Shown in pieces: positions 23,505 to 37,240 of a DNA stretch of 64,000 bases. Source of the DNA: Saccostrea cucullata (Eukaryota); contig NW_026925488.1 in NCBI RefSeq assembly GCF_032062105.1, positions 1 to 64,000 on the forward strand. Direction: 5' to 3'. The notes below the pieces were generated by a model. It made no database searches and had not been told where the DNA came from. It was given only the letters and a program-made list of their open reading frames with translations. Each line of letters starts with the position of its first letter. Position 1 is the stretch's first letter. The position numbers were made by a program, and so were the translations under genes.

Positions 23505-24982
23505 CTACGAGTTTTGGGTGACCTATTACCTTTCATAATCAATGTCTAAGTTCCTAAATTAATATATTATAACAGCAAGCTAAGGCAGGCGTTAATGCAA
23601 CATATATTATTTATACTTACAGTGTGATATATAATATTTATGGAGACAGAAAAATTTTGAAGAAGTGGGATATGGAGACATCATGGTCATGGGCGTAAAA
23701 TTCGGGGGCTACTGTCCACTCATAACACAGCATCACGAGGCAGTCAAAAGTTTCCGTATACATGTACACGTATTTGTCTTCGTTCTTTGAAGTTAAACAA
23801 TACAAATCAACTGCATCGTTTATAAATAAACGAACTACAATCACAGACACAACCCCTCGAAAAAAAACCCTAGTTTGCTGTTTTTCAATAAAATCTTTAT
23901 CATACACACTTTAAACAAACTTGATCGACTCGGTTTTATATACCATACTTCCTATCACTTAGATATATCAACTTTAGACCAGTTTTTAACTCGTTATAAC
24001 GAGAAAAATTAACTCGTTATAACGAGATATTAACTCGTTATAACGAGATAACTAATTTGTTAAAACGAGATAACTAAGTCTTTATAACGAAATACTAACT
24101 CGTTATAACGAGATAACTAACTCGTTTTTTTTTATCTATTCAGAAATGAGCCTATCCGGCTTTTGTAAGTAACAATAACCTTAAACACAGGTACAAAAAT
24201 TCATCAGACGTGTACATTATGCTGGTAAATCATTATAAAAAAAACATCAAAGGAATTTGCTGTTTTAAATGCTACTTATTCACAGAGATCATTCTATAGA
24301 GCCACAGGGTACTATCACAAACTTATAGAGATAACATGTATCGATAACAGGAATTAAATCCATAGTTCTACTCCTAAATGTTGGAAATGGACATCTTTTC
24401 ACTATTAATTATCACTTATAATAAGATCTGATTTCAGCGCAGAGTTTGTAACCATTCTTACATAATTACATAAATAAAAATTTCATTTCTTACAAATATA
24501 AAAAAAACAATCTCTTTTATTTAGTGGCCAAAAAAGTTGTAATCCCCACACTTCAAACATTTCCAGACTACAAGCACAAATATAAAAATGTAATTTGTTG
24601 TGTTTCATTTTACTTTCAGATTTCATGGATATTAATTAATTCAAGGTTCGAAATCTTTATCTTAAAATACTATTATAGCCTACTTAACGCACAAAGACCA
24701 ATCTTGACATATGCCTAATTAAAAATGAATCTCCTGATAATCAACTAGTGTGAGTAACAAATGGATGGGAAAAAAGAACTTGAATGCATGAAAAGGATGT
24801 ATGGATGTATATTTACCTATCCCAAATGAATCACTGTGGGTAATTCATTTTCAATAATTACACCTACAGTATTATTTGTTAATATTACCAAATAGCTTAC
24901 AAGCAGAATAAGCTATAAGGGATATGTAATAAATAATATTTTTTACCAGAAGATAACACGACATACACTATAACCATACATT

Positions 24983-26830
24983 AACAAGAGGCCCAAGAGC
25001 CTTATAAGTCACCTGACACAACTTCCAAAAAATTAAAATTGGTTCGTGTTTTAAACCAGAGGCCATGAAATTCACAATTCACAATTTTGAAAGAGGCACC
25101 ATTGCTTATCATAATTATAAACTAAGCATGATTACTCTATTTACTTAATACCCAGAGGTAGACCAGAGTACCAAGAGAACACGCACTTCCACTTTATAAC
25201 CAGTTGTGCACCCTCACCCCAAAGGAACCACTGACCCTGGGGCCATATATTTTACAATTTTGCAAATTTTATCATAAAATGGTTGATTAATACTAAAAAG
25301 CAGATTTCACAGCATTAATTTCTTTTCAGACTATGTACCCCCCATCCCTCCCCCGACCCAGGGGGCATAAAAGATAATCATTGTGCTAGATGCATCTTTC
25401 TTCATCATAAATATACGAAAGTTGATCCAAAAGTAATGTCACTATGTCCATATCTTCAATATTTGTCGTCATATTATCAAATATAATGTTCCAAAAGATG
25501 CACAAACATAAATCTAATCAAATTTGAAAATTTCATTCAATAATGTTTAATTGAATAAATTTTATAGACGTTTACAACATTAAACAAAAGGGGCGTCGCC
25601 GCGTCACGACCAAACGACGCGTTTTAAAGTGTATATTGTTAGAATGAAAAAAAGATAAACACATTAAAGCTTCTAAAAAAGCTTCTTATCGCCCAAGAGA
25701 CAAAATATTACGTCATTTTCTAATCCTAATTTGAAAATTAAATTACGTCATTGCTTTCTGATCATTATTATTACTGGTTTACTTTGATGTATCGAACAAG
25801 GGAAATGTTGAAATGGGGAAAAAACCCACTGAAATGAGCGGTTGTGCGTTTTCGATTCGAATTGGGAAAATCGCAATTAAAAACAGTTACGACGATTAAT
25901 CAGACGCGGAGGAAAGAATGTAAAATAAGAAACTTGTTTATACATTGTTTCACAATTCCTGGCGGGTAATGAGTCATTGAATGATCAGCAGAGGACAGTA
26001 AGACCGGAAAAAGAAGGTCGAGAACGGGTTAGAACGTTAAATGGTGTCGGACTTTGTCAAGGAGGAGAGTCACGGTTTAAGAGCGATATGAGATACTTGA
26101 AGTTTGTCTTATGGTTCTGTTCAAATAATTTTGACTCAGGATTAAATCATATGTAGAGTGAATGTACGGTACATTCGTGCCAAGAATTCCTGAAAAAAGT
26201 GAAATATGTAAATTTGTCGAATATTTTTTTTTCCATGAAACTAAGGGGAAGCAGTTTAAGTGTGTGAGAGCGTGTATCCATCATATGACGCTATTTAAGT
26301 GCGGCGACTACCATAATTGCACTTTGTATATAATTCAATATTTTGAAAAGTATAAATCATTTTTATTTGAATTTTTCAGGACTGAAATGCAATAAATATA
26401 GCTTTAATCAATTGTATAATTTTGTTGATTTACGTCAACTAGTAGCAATTTTATCGAAGTTGTGACATTGCTTTTGGATCAACCCTCGTATATACGTGGA
26501 TCATTGGCATAAAACCCAGGAGCAAGGGAAAAGATTTTCAAAGAATTCATGCAAAGAATTAATTTTCACTTTATAATCAATAGAGTCCCGCCCTAATACC
26601 AGAACCCCTGACCCTCGGGCCATAAAATTCATAATTTTGGAAGTGGCACTCTTGCTCATCATAACTATTTACTCAGTTTATTTAATACCCAGAAATAGAA
26701 AAGATCACTTTCAAAGAATAATGCATTTCACTATATAATCAATAGAGCCCCGCCCTAACACCAAAACCCGTGACACTGGGGCCATAAAATTCACAATTTT
26801 GGAAGAGGAACTCTTTCTCAACATAACTAT
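24983..26830 (+). mobile_element. Second HINE-like copy, split by a mariner-type MITE
   Basis: Aligns with 16367-16940 both before 25413 and after 26491. Confidence 0.7.
25416..26488. mobile_element. Mariner-type MITE with TA TSD
   Basis: TA|CGAAAGTTGATCCAAAAGTAATGTCAC ... GTGACATTGCTTTTGGATCAACCCTCG|TA. The host repeat resumes on both sides. Confidence 0.82.
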
Positions 26831-28166
26831 GTACTTAATATAAATAAAAATAAAATAAAAAATGCAATGCATATATTCACAGTGCACTCACTGTAAAATT
26901 AGCTAGACATGCAGGACTGATTACTAGTGAAAGTAGTCCATCCTGCCAAAAATGTACTAGCCTGAACCCTACTAAAAATGTACTAGTTTGTTTTAGTGTC
27001 AATGGGGCCAACTCACTATATATTCAATTCCAGACCTATAGGCTGATGAATTCTATCTGTTTGCTTGTTACACTTTACAACCAGTAATTAATCAGTGATT
27101 TGAGAATTTTATAAAATATCTGAATTTCAATTTATGGAAGAATTTTTAAACATCAAGCCGGACGTCGATACGTGCAAATCTGTTCGTCCTAGACAAAATG
27201 TGTGCGTCTGGGGCAGTCGGGCGCACGGTTATTTCAATCACTGATATACATGTATTTACATTTTTAACTCCTTGCGTCATCTGCAAATTATCCTTGGGAT
27301 AAGTTAGAATTAATGGAATAGCTATGCCAAATCTACTACATATACATGTATGTTAAACTCTTTTATATGAGGGTAATTTTGATTTTCCCTTATGACGTTG
27401 CATGGCATTTAAGGTTTGTGACATTAATATTAAAATAAAAAAAAAACTTTTTATTTTTTTACCTCAACTTCCATGTACAGTTGTAATGGTGTATTATATG
27501 CCCCAAATTCTACGCATTTTATAGGCTAATTACATGTGGAATGTAAATATTATTTTTTAGGTATCATGCTATATTTATTTCAGTGGAACTATTATGATTA
27601 AAATACCAATATTGAATCAGTAATAGGTAACTTTATAATAGATGTTACATTGTTACACACGTATATGTTACAGTAAATATGTGTATTCAGGCATTTCTTG
27701 TATTTCCTGAATTTTAGGAAATACGTGAAATTCCTACTCTGCTTAGAAAATACACGTTCTTACTGATTTCAGTTAGGAAATACACTTATTTACTGAGTTT
27801 TTCAATACTTTTTACAAGTATTTACTGACTGTGTTTTGGTGAGATAATTTATGAATTAGATAAAATTATGAATTATAAAATATGAACAGATGCACAGTAT
27901 ATTCAATGTTTATCTCAGTTGGCATATCATATTAATAAATAATATTTAAAATAAATTTTTATTTAATTATAAATAAAAAATGCATTATTTGTGAATATTA
28001 ACGAAAAAAAAAGAAAAAGAAAAAGAAGCTTTAATTATCTGGAATGAGTTGTCTAGCTACATCACAACATACTTTAGTCCATCTTTAAAAATTTGTTTGG
28101 TTGCCCTCTCCCAGCCGACTGACTAAAAACTGATCGACTCAAAACTGGTTTTTTTTTACATTCCAG

Positions 28167-28384
28167 GCCCCGGGATCATGAAGCATCTTAAGCTTAAGTC
28201 AAAAAATGCCTTAGATGCTGAAATTTTTTAGAGGTCATGCAACTCAAAATGAAAATGCTTTCCGATTTGGTATCATCAGCCTGCTGTTGCATGCAAATTA
28301 TGAGTTTCCTTTAACAAGTTTTGAAGATTTTATAGATAATTGAAATTTTGACTTAAGTCTAAGTCTGTTTCATGATCCCGGGGC
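28167..28384. mobile_element. PIF/Harbinger-like MITE
   Basis: CAG|GCCCCGGGATCATGAA...TTAAGTCAAAA ... TTTTGACTTAAG...TTCATGATCCCGGGGC|CAG (3-bp CWG TSD). Confidence 0.75.
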
Positions 28385-28784
28385 CAGGACTCTTTTTATT
28401 CCTCTTATCCCAATTTTACACGTTTTTACTGAACAAACCTGGATGACTATTCATATCCTTTAAAATAATCACTGAGTACATGTATACAAACACCAGTATG
28501 CATGTTTTTTAAGCAGCATTTAATAAGAATTGTTTCTACAAAACTGAAGTTCTACATTAATTTCCAATTCTGGGCAAGACTCAGTGCATTGTCTTTACAG
28601 AGTCACATTTAAGTATGAATGCCTTAAGGTATTTCCATCTTCTTGTAATGTCATTGGTTTTTACACAAAGCTTCATTAATTCTAATTCATACCCAATAAT
28701 TTTTTTTTGGAAAAATACTTTTTATATGTGATGAAAAAAAAACATCCTTATATATATTTTCTTCATTTATTCAATTATACATCT

Positions 28785-29127
28785 TCTGTTCATACAGAAG
28801 TGCTTAAAATCTTAAGGGCGGTTCCGACACAAATGTTTCTTCCCTTTTTTCTCAGCTTCAACTTATATTAAGTGTTCACTTGTCAATAAGGCTGTAACTG
28901 AAGTTAAGTTTTTTTTTTCAGGCTAAGAATCACATCTGTATTTAATTCGGCCACATGTCAACAAGACTAAAGTGTTTATACTTGAGCTGCTACGAATGAC
29001 CTACATGTTCATCAGAATTTTAAACTAAAAGCCACAGAAAGTCAAAAGACTGAAAGCTGGGAAAAAGGGGAAGAAACATTTGTGTCAGTACCTCCCCTAA
29101 GATTTTAAGCACTTCTGTATGAACAGA
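28785..29127. mobile_element. MITE with ~75-bp inverted termini
   Basis: TCTGTTCATACAGAAGTGCTTAAAATCTTA...GACACAAATGTTTCTTCCC and its reverse complement at the right end. Confidence 0.8.
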
Positions 29128-30549
29128 CTTGCAGCATGCATGTATATGATATACTTTTTTGAGAAACTTGTCATACTAAATCTGTTTTTCCCTGAATCAG
29201 TGGGCCCTTTTATGTTTTTACTAAGTTTAAGCTTGCAAAAGTTTAGCACTGATACAAGTGAATTGTCATTTTTGTCACGCCTTTTTCTAGATTTTTTTAA
29301 ATGTTAAAAATTCCTCTGTGTGTGTGTTCAGACAGAGGAAATTTGGATTGTAAATCGTCGATCAGATTCCTTATTTACAGAAGTTGGATTATATGTATAT
29401 CATTATATTCCATTTACCAGTATATTTTAAATGAAAGGGAAAGATCAATCCATGGATTTTTTGATTTAGGCAAACCTTGTACATTATCGGTTTGTTATTT
29501 TGAAAAAGTCAGAGGAAATTCAGATGTTTAATATGCACTTTTTTCACCTAAACTGTGTAAATATGTCAGTGTTATTTTCTAAATTAGGTATACATATTAC
29601 ATCTTTAAAAAAATTATTAAAATTTTAATATCACGATATTGGGTTATTTGTTTAACGCTCCAAAAATCAATTCAAAAGTTTAAGTTTAAAAAAAACATAA
29701 GAAATTCGGAATGTAAATTTTAAAATCTTGAATATTTTACATTAATTTTCCTTCAAAAGTATTATATAAAGTTTGTTTTTAACATATTTGATTAAATAAA
29801 AAAAAATAGGAAATTCGGAATGTGAATTTTAAAATCTTGAAATTCATGCTGTCATAGAATGTTGATGGAATGCATTATCTATGAGTAAATATTAATAACA
29901 AGATAATGTTGATCTGTTACTCTATTTTATACATGAAAATAAATAAATTCTGATTATAATTTGTAAGTTTTTGGATATACTTTTTTTTACTGGCAGTGGG
30001 ATTTTTTTTCACAGATTTTACATTTTTAAACATGGGCATATGCAGGGGTTGTTGCCATGGAAACGAGCGCATTAAAGACCAATTTTTTTTACCGTATGGT
30101 TACCTGAGGTGGGGAAGTGGTCTAGGTCAGTGGTGTAATTTACCTGGAGACCCCCAATACTCAAGATGTCAAAAATCTGTGTATACGTAGCATTTCACAG
30201 GAAGTCTGTGTTTGGTAATCAGGGTCAACATCACGTGTTTCGTGTCCAATTTTTAGTGAAACTCCTTGAAATTTAAAAAAAAATCCATTTATCCGTCGCG
30301 TGAACATTCACTGCGATCGGAAGATTTTTTTTAAATTTTCTGGTCAACAATGTTGTCCATATTATTCAATATTTTTGAGTGTTTGTGTGTTAACAAACTT
30401 TTATTGTTTGAAAGATTTCTTTTCAGGGTCGATCTCTGTTCGTTTCGTTATCTTTACCTTTTCTTTACGAATATAGACAGACGATAGAGGAAATTCGAGC
30501 AATATAATTCTGACATTTCCTTACAACCAGAGGCGTCTAGATCTCTGTT

Positions 30550-30903
30550 CATAGGCGTCGGAACCGGGGGGGGGGCTTAGCCCTCCCCTCACTTTTTTTT
30601 CAAATATATATACTTAGTATAGACATTGAACATTGCTACGTAGGTTTAACCCCCCACACTTTCTACAGACACGTTGCTGTATAGGTAAAAAATGTGGAAA
30701 GTGTTGGTGTCTTGGAAAAAAATTGGTACTGAAGTTCAAACCTAACACCCCCCCCCCCACGAAATAGGATTTTCGTGTTTGGGAAATGGAAATTTTTTTT
30801 TCCTTTTTTTTTTTTTTTTTTTGCTTGTCAAGTTTTTTTAGAAGGTATAAGAATTTTTTTGTACACTTAGCCCCCCACGTTCAATTTGCTTCCGACGCCA
30901 ATG
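30550..30903. mobile_element. MITE with CA..TG termini (hAT-like, unclassified)
   Basis: CATAGGCGTCGGAA / TTCCGACGCCAATG with G/C-run subterminal tracts. Flanked by CTGTT on both sides; no clean 8-bp TSD. Confidence 0.65.
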
Positions 30904-31579
30904 CTGTTAACAACATCGAGTAGATTGAATCCATTATACAAACTTAAGATAAAACATCTTTTGTAAACCAAGCCGCTTGTGCTGAATATTTTTACTTATT
31001 TATATATATTCATGTTATTGTTTTTTTTTCATGACCTTATTTTAATCGGTGGACTTCCATTTGTGGTAAAAGTATATAAAGTTTCTGTGGACGGCCTAAA
31101 TATTTCTAGAGATATCTCGGACGACATATCACTTACAAGTACCAAAAATTCGTGAGGATTAAAAACAGATATTTTATGAAATTATTGTTTTGATTATCTA
31201 CTGTAGATTATTTTTTGAAATAAAATCCTTACTGGTTTTTGTTACCCGCGTGTATCAGCTGTGTATACAAGGCGGGTACATGAAAGTGTTTGATGCGTGA
31301 CCAGGCAATGGTTTTCAAAACATGCAAATTCAGTTTATCAGGAAGTGCATATCTGGCCTGTCAATCAAATCAGAAGCTATTGTTTTTTAATGATTGACAG
31401 GAGGTAAATTCTTGATCTTGAGTCAGCTAGATTTTAGGGGCGTTAACATAAAATTGAGTGTTTAAATATATATATTTTTTAATGATTCTTAAACCACAAA
31501 CTTGTCTTTTATCCGAAGGTAACCATCTTTTAAAATTTCAATTACTTTCACGACAGATTCGAATCACCTTAACAAATTT

Positions 31580-31870
31580 TGATTGATTAATCTTTTTTGT
31601 TTAACCTCCCATTCGAGCATTTTTTACCCATATAGAAATCTCACCATAAACCGGTGAAGGGCTTCTCATTTTGACATTGACTCGGCACTTAGGGCCATTG
31701 AGCAGTGAGGAACAATGCTCATGACTGCCGTGAACTCGGTTTCGAGGATCTTATCCGAAGGGACAGCAACTTTTACTTCATTGCCCAGCACATGGCAAAG
31801 AACCAATAGCTTTCTTGACTAAAGTTAGTCGTAGCCGAGATTTGAACTCTCGACCTTCCGATTACATAGC
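31580..31870 (-). mobile_element. Degraded copy of the tRNA-SINE family
   Basis: Similar to 7842-8160 (TGATTGATT..TGTTTAAC.TCCC..GAAGGG..CTCGGCAC..GCCATTGAGCAGTGAGG..ATCCGAAGG). Confidence 0.7.
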
Positions 31871-33170
31871 AAGAAATAGCAATTAAAAGCAGAAAAATAC
31901 CGACTGCTCAGATAAAAATAATATGTCAAAATCAATAAGCATCTTGAAATTTCTTGGTGCATACCGGTAATTCTTTCATCTCTCGCATTTAAATTTCAAA
32001 CTCATCATGAAACATTTTGAAAAAAAACGTCAAAGATTTCTCACATGTATAAAAGTATACCCTGTGTGGTAATAAAGTATGTATTCCTTACAATTTCTGC
32101 CGATGACAAAGTAAACAAAAAATTAAAATCTTTATTACAAATTCCACACATTAGTCGTTTACGATGCAATAGACCAGAATTAATCGTTTTCTATATCACA
32201 AGGAACAGAAGTGTTACTAGTATATGAAAAAAAAAATGCCCTGAATTTTCGTGTGAAGTCAAAGTCTGGGAAGAGCTTTTAAAAACTAATGCTTCATCAA
32301 TTATAGACAAGAAAACAATGATGTAACCATCAATTGTCGCCCGGGAAATATATAAAGTAAACAATGGAAATGACTCTTGATCATCAAACCGCTTCGATAT
32401 GTGTGAAAAGGCATGCGTCCAATTAATGGAGACGATAGTCGCGAATATTTGGAAAACTTATAGTCGGATAAATGTCAAACTAAAACGATACTATTTTAAA
32501 CTTCAATTCCTCGAGTAAATGTTGGCTGCATAAAATATAAATTAAAGTTAGACAAATGCATCACATATATTTAAAAATGTATTTGATTTTCAATTTAGAA
32601 TATAAATTAAACACGAACTGTGCAGAGTACGTTTTTATGCGAGAAGTAAAATTCAATGTTCAAAAAAAAGGAACCTGTCGTTTTTTGATAGTAAATGCTA
32701 AACAACTTTATATATTAAATATGAAAAACATGTATATTTTTACAGATTCACTTTATGAAAGTAAATATATTATATATCTCATAATTTATAACGGGAAAGA
32801 ACATTCTGATTAATAATCTTTTCAATTTTTAGAAAACCTTTAATTTTGAATAACTACTCCCACACCAATCTCCATATACCAACACTTAAACTTATATGTA
32901 TAGAGCAGCCCGGTCCTCCGGGCTGCAATAATTCGAAAAAAAAATATCAGAATAATGATAAATGTATATATTTTATTGTACCGGTAAATGGTATCCTCCA
33001 AAAGTTATTGTTGAGTGGTAATTTCAAATTTTTCGAAAGTATATATCAATCTGATTGGTTACGAGATTGCATACGCGTCTTGTACGCAGGTTCAAGGTTA
33101 TAAATATTTAAGAACGGGCAGAGACGATAAGACTTGATTAGGCTTTGTTATCTGATATACTGACAAGAAA

Positions 33171-34167
33171 ATGAAAATATTATTGGTCGTTATTGTCGCC
33201 CTGTGTTTGGAAAATCCATGTTATTCCCAGGGTAAGTATAAAGAATTAATATTAGCTTTAAAATTAAAAGAAAAAAAAAACGTACCATAATATATATGAA
33301 GTTTCTTTTGCTCAATGATTCACTGGATATTTCTATGAAGGTCACTGATTGCGTTTTAGGTAGTGTATCTGAATGTCTTTTGATTAAGTTTAACATGTTT
33401 GAAAATATTCTGATTCAATATTATATACGACATATTGTTTTGCAAATAAACATGTAATATTAATATATTTGTTTTGAAAGCTATACAGTGTACACATGGC
33501 TGGGTTGGACTTAATACCAAATGTTATTTCTTCAGCAATACAAAAGAAAAATACACTGATGCAAGTGTAAGTGCTTATTTTTTAAAGTTGAAATATCTGT
33601 GTATTTATCAATGCTTTCAATATTTTTAGTATTTCAAGAAATTAAAACTTAATCAATATATTTATAGGCCTACTGTCATGCATTTGGCAGCAAATTAGCA
33701 GAACCAATTTCACAAGACGAAGTTCATTTTATATCCAAAAAGGTTGTTGAAAGAGGTAAGCATGCATGGATGAGATTTTAATCCCCTCCTCAATTTGCTT
33801 TTGCTGGAAACCCAATATTTTAGGTATTTTTTAAAAGAAAAAGTAAATTTTTAGCATGAATTTTATGTCATTGAATTGGAAAAAGGAGGAAATTCTAATT
33901 GTCAAGAAACTAGACAATATTAGCTTTTCTTCTTCAGGACACGACTCTTCTTTTTATATTGGCGTGAATGACCTTTTTCTGGAGGGAGAATGGGTGTATG
34001 CTTACGAAAGGACGCCACTTAAGATCCATCCCCCTTGGATCAATGGACATGCTGATAATTCTCATGATGAGGATTGTATTGAGGTGTACTCCGGCCATCA
34101 AGGGAAATGGGCGGATATTCCTTGTAGCACACCTCTTTATTACATCTGCGAATATGACTATGAGTAA
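33171..34167 (+). CDS. Secreted single-domain C-type lectin (perlucin-like), copy 1
   Basis: Exons 33171-33231, 33481-33566, 33668-33755 and 33938-34167 (phases 1,0,1); possible extra micro-exon 34287-34326. CTHGW..KCYFFS..AYC..KLAEP..FYIGVND..EGEW..HADN..EDC..WADIPC..YYICE. Confidence 0.92.
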
Positions 34168-34559
34168 GAAATATTTGTAACAATTATCTTTATTTACATT
34201 TCTGAATATGGCCGAGAATATTTTTTAGCATATCAAATTATTAAAGTTTCATTTTTTTAAAACCTGTTTTATTTTCATTTTTTCAGTGCAGAACCTTTGA
34301 ATTTGGGAAGAAGAAAGACATTGTAATTAAAAAGAGGTCATTAAAATAAAAAAAATTTATAATTTAATGCCTTTTATTTATTTCAAAAACAAAAGTTACC
34401 TAATTGTAGTTTGATCGAAAAATGACTAAAACAATTCATTACAAAAATTATGTATAAAAATAGAGTTTTGTAGGATAAATTTCATTAGGACATCTTCAAG
34501 AACTAGTTTAATTTATGCATGAAAGGTATTGCGATATCGAACAGTATTCAAGCTCAGAA

Positions 34560-35270
34560 GTCCATAAAACAATACAAAATAGGAGTAGAGCAAACATGGA
34601 CATCCAAAACATCAGAGGTGGGATCAGATGCCATGAAGGAGCACCCCCTGCCGACCGATCACACCGGCATTGTGATTCTTGTGATTATCGGGAAATAACG
34701 GTGGACCTGTCGTCAATCCCGTGTGTAGATAATGGACTAACAATATTATTGTGAAAAAAGTCAGTCAGAGTTTGACTTAATGATAAATTGCATTTGTTGA
34801 CAAAGTCATTGTATCGACCATAAAACTTACGTGATGACGACTTTAAACCAGACTGCTGATATTATTGTTTCTTAAAACTTCTTTGTCAATAATTTATCTC
34901 GTTTTAGAAATAACACTTACGTAGAGTTTGCTTTTGCGTATCGAATCACTTGAGGAGATATAAACTCTGTATGCAGTTGATAAAGGTATATTGAGTACTT
35001 AGATTTACAAAAAATGATATGAATTGAAGGTATATTGCTGCATAAGTAATGGAAGTTGACGATAAAAAAGTTAAAGGCATCACTTTTATTATAGAGCTTG
35101 GTTTTTAGATTACTATGAACGTCTTATCAAGTAAATCTGCCAAAATAAAACATATGTGTCAGACTCTCTGGATATTTTATCTTTAGCTCATCGGGATATA
35201 TCATGTCGAAATAAGAATTGAAATGACCAGTGTTAATTGACAATACGTCGTAGATTTACTGAGCAAAATA
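34560..35270 (-). mobile_element. Degraded Penelope-like 3' fragment
   Basis: Reverse complement of the ~8940-9555 region (CATCAGAGGTGGGATCAG..CCCCTGCCGACCG..GTCATTGTATCGACCATA..GCGTATCGAATCA..GAAGTTGACGAT..AATTGACAATACGTCGT). Confidence 0.85.
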
Positions 35271-35727
35271 AGTTTAGCAATTTAAGATATTTATCATAAA
35301 ACAAAGTTAGAAAAAATACACACAGCACTTAAAATTGAAGAGAGCTTGTCATCACATAACAAAACTAGGCAAATCTTATCGACAATTGTGTGTTGTTTTG
35401 TAAGAAATATCGTGAAACTGATTACTGATACGGGCTTGAGGCAGCAAGTGATTTTTATCATTCACGTACAAGATGTTGCACAACATTGGCGTCATATAAA
35501 TACAAAAATATGTGTGCTTATATGGGTGCTGAATAGGTACCCATAGGAATTCCAATTCATATATATTGTTTGAAGACCTGGTCTCAAAAACCACAGAGAT
35601 ATAGTCAATCAGAAATCAAACATATTTTCATGTCATCCTCAGTGTACTTGTTTGTACAATGATACTGTTTTTTAACAAAATAATTTTGCAAATGACCAAA
35701 CATCACTCATCATTTGACTTATCAATA

Positions 35728-36215
35728 TACACTTATTTAATGACTACGAGGTAAACAGTCAAACTGTTGTCCCGAGTAGTCATTGAATAAGTGTTTTATT
35801 ACCTAACCTACTACATAATTAATTAAATTGGAATAAAAATACACAAATAATCAATAAAGAGTTTTAACAACTGTTTATGCACATACTTTTCTATTAATTA
35901 GCTGAACACATAATATTAAGATTAAATTAATATTTAATTATTAAAAGATATACTTAATAAATTGATTGTTTGTGTGTTTTATCTCAATTTAATTAATTAT
36001 AGAGCAGGTAAATAGTGACGTCGTGATCATCAAACCGTTTGAATATCATGATGACGCTTTGAACAGGCAACAGTTCATTCTGTGGACCGGTCAACAATTC
36101 GACTGTTTCATGATCACGCAAAAACATAAAATAAATTGTAAAACAGTTCAAAATGCCTAACAACAATTTATATAGTAGGTTAGGTAATAATAGATTTTAT
36201 TTCCTGACTACATCA
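35728..36215. mobile_element. Hairpin-terminated non-autonomous element (Crypton-like architecture)
   Basis: Palindrome ACACTTATTTAATGACTAC...GTAGTCATTGAATAAGTGT, then TTATTACCTAACCTACTA whose inverse TAGTAGGTTAGGTAATAA lies at ~36174-36190. Confidence 0.5.
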
Positions 36216-36754
36216 TTGTATTGAACATAAAATTGTTTCTGTAGATATCCTTGTTTCATTAACTTATTAGTAAAAAGATTGCTTGGTCATCGTTCAAACA
36301 AACAGTTTGTAAAATGAATCACATTTGAGACACGTCTCTATATACAGGTATTAATGATATATTGGTACACAAATAAAGAAAGTTGATAGAAAAGTTTAGG
36401 TCTTCGCGTTTAGTTTACCAAAGAGTTGAAAGCAAATTAAAGTTGAAGAATTGTCAGGTAAAACATTTTGACACATGGGGCAACTTGTTCAACTGAATGA
36501 ACTTAGGGCAATATCCAGTATTACTGAGAAAATCTCAAAACATTTCAGCTGTCATAAGATTTCGGTCAGATTCTTTTCTAAAAATAAGGTGACTGACCGC
36601 TCGTACATTAAGCCAGGAATTGGAAATGACTGTCCTTCAACCAAGATACTGTAGACCTCCGAGTAGAACTATAGCTGGAATAGTAATTAATGTTACGGTT
36701 GCAGAAGGTCATCGGTTCTAGGGTAAATATTAATGAATATAAGATTCAGAACAG

Positions 36755-37060
36755 AATACTTAGATGTACAAAAATGATATAAATTGAAGGTATATAGCTG
36801 CATAAGTAAGGGAAGTTGACGATAGAAAAGTTAAAGTCATCACGATAGAGCTTGGTTGTTAGATTACCATAACTGTTACAGTGCAACGTCTTTTTCAAGC
36901 TTAATATTCAAGTATGAAACAGATATGTCAGATTCTGTGGTATCGTTTATATCAAGCTCAGCATGATATATATCGTATCGACATAGGAATGGAAATTACC
37001 ATTGTTAATTAACTATACATGTACGTCCTCGATAAATCTAAATGTCGAGTTGAAGGACAT
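36755..37060 (-). mobile_element. Short Penelope-like RT fragment
   Basis: GCTGCATAAGTAAGGGAAGTTGACGATA..GAGCTTGGTTGTTAGATTACC..AATGTCGAGTTGAAGG is the reverse complement of ~8920-9170. Confidence 0.8.
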
Positions 37061-37240
37061 AGCAGCTTAGGTAGATAGCGTTCACACTGTTTACAAAGAA
37101 AGTTGTTTTCAATTTTGGCGGTTTTTGACACTGGTCACTATCTTATCTACATACAAGCTGACCAACTATACAATAACAGCAGGGGAACGATAGTTTGTAC
37201 TTGATAACTTTGAATTGAATTAACTTATAGAAATAGGAAA

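Larger units (their letters stand above)
20547..24167. mobile_element. Non-autonomous IS3EU-like element with palindromic subterminal tandem arrays and nested insertions
   Basis: TIR TACGAAAGCCGGATAGGCTCATTTCTG / CAGAAATGAGCCTATCCGGCTTTTGTA; 6-bp TSD AGTAAC (20541-20546, 24168-24173). Arrays of ~21-22-bp units around TCGTTATAACGA at ~20590-20915 and ~23988-24125. Confidence 0.8.
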
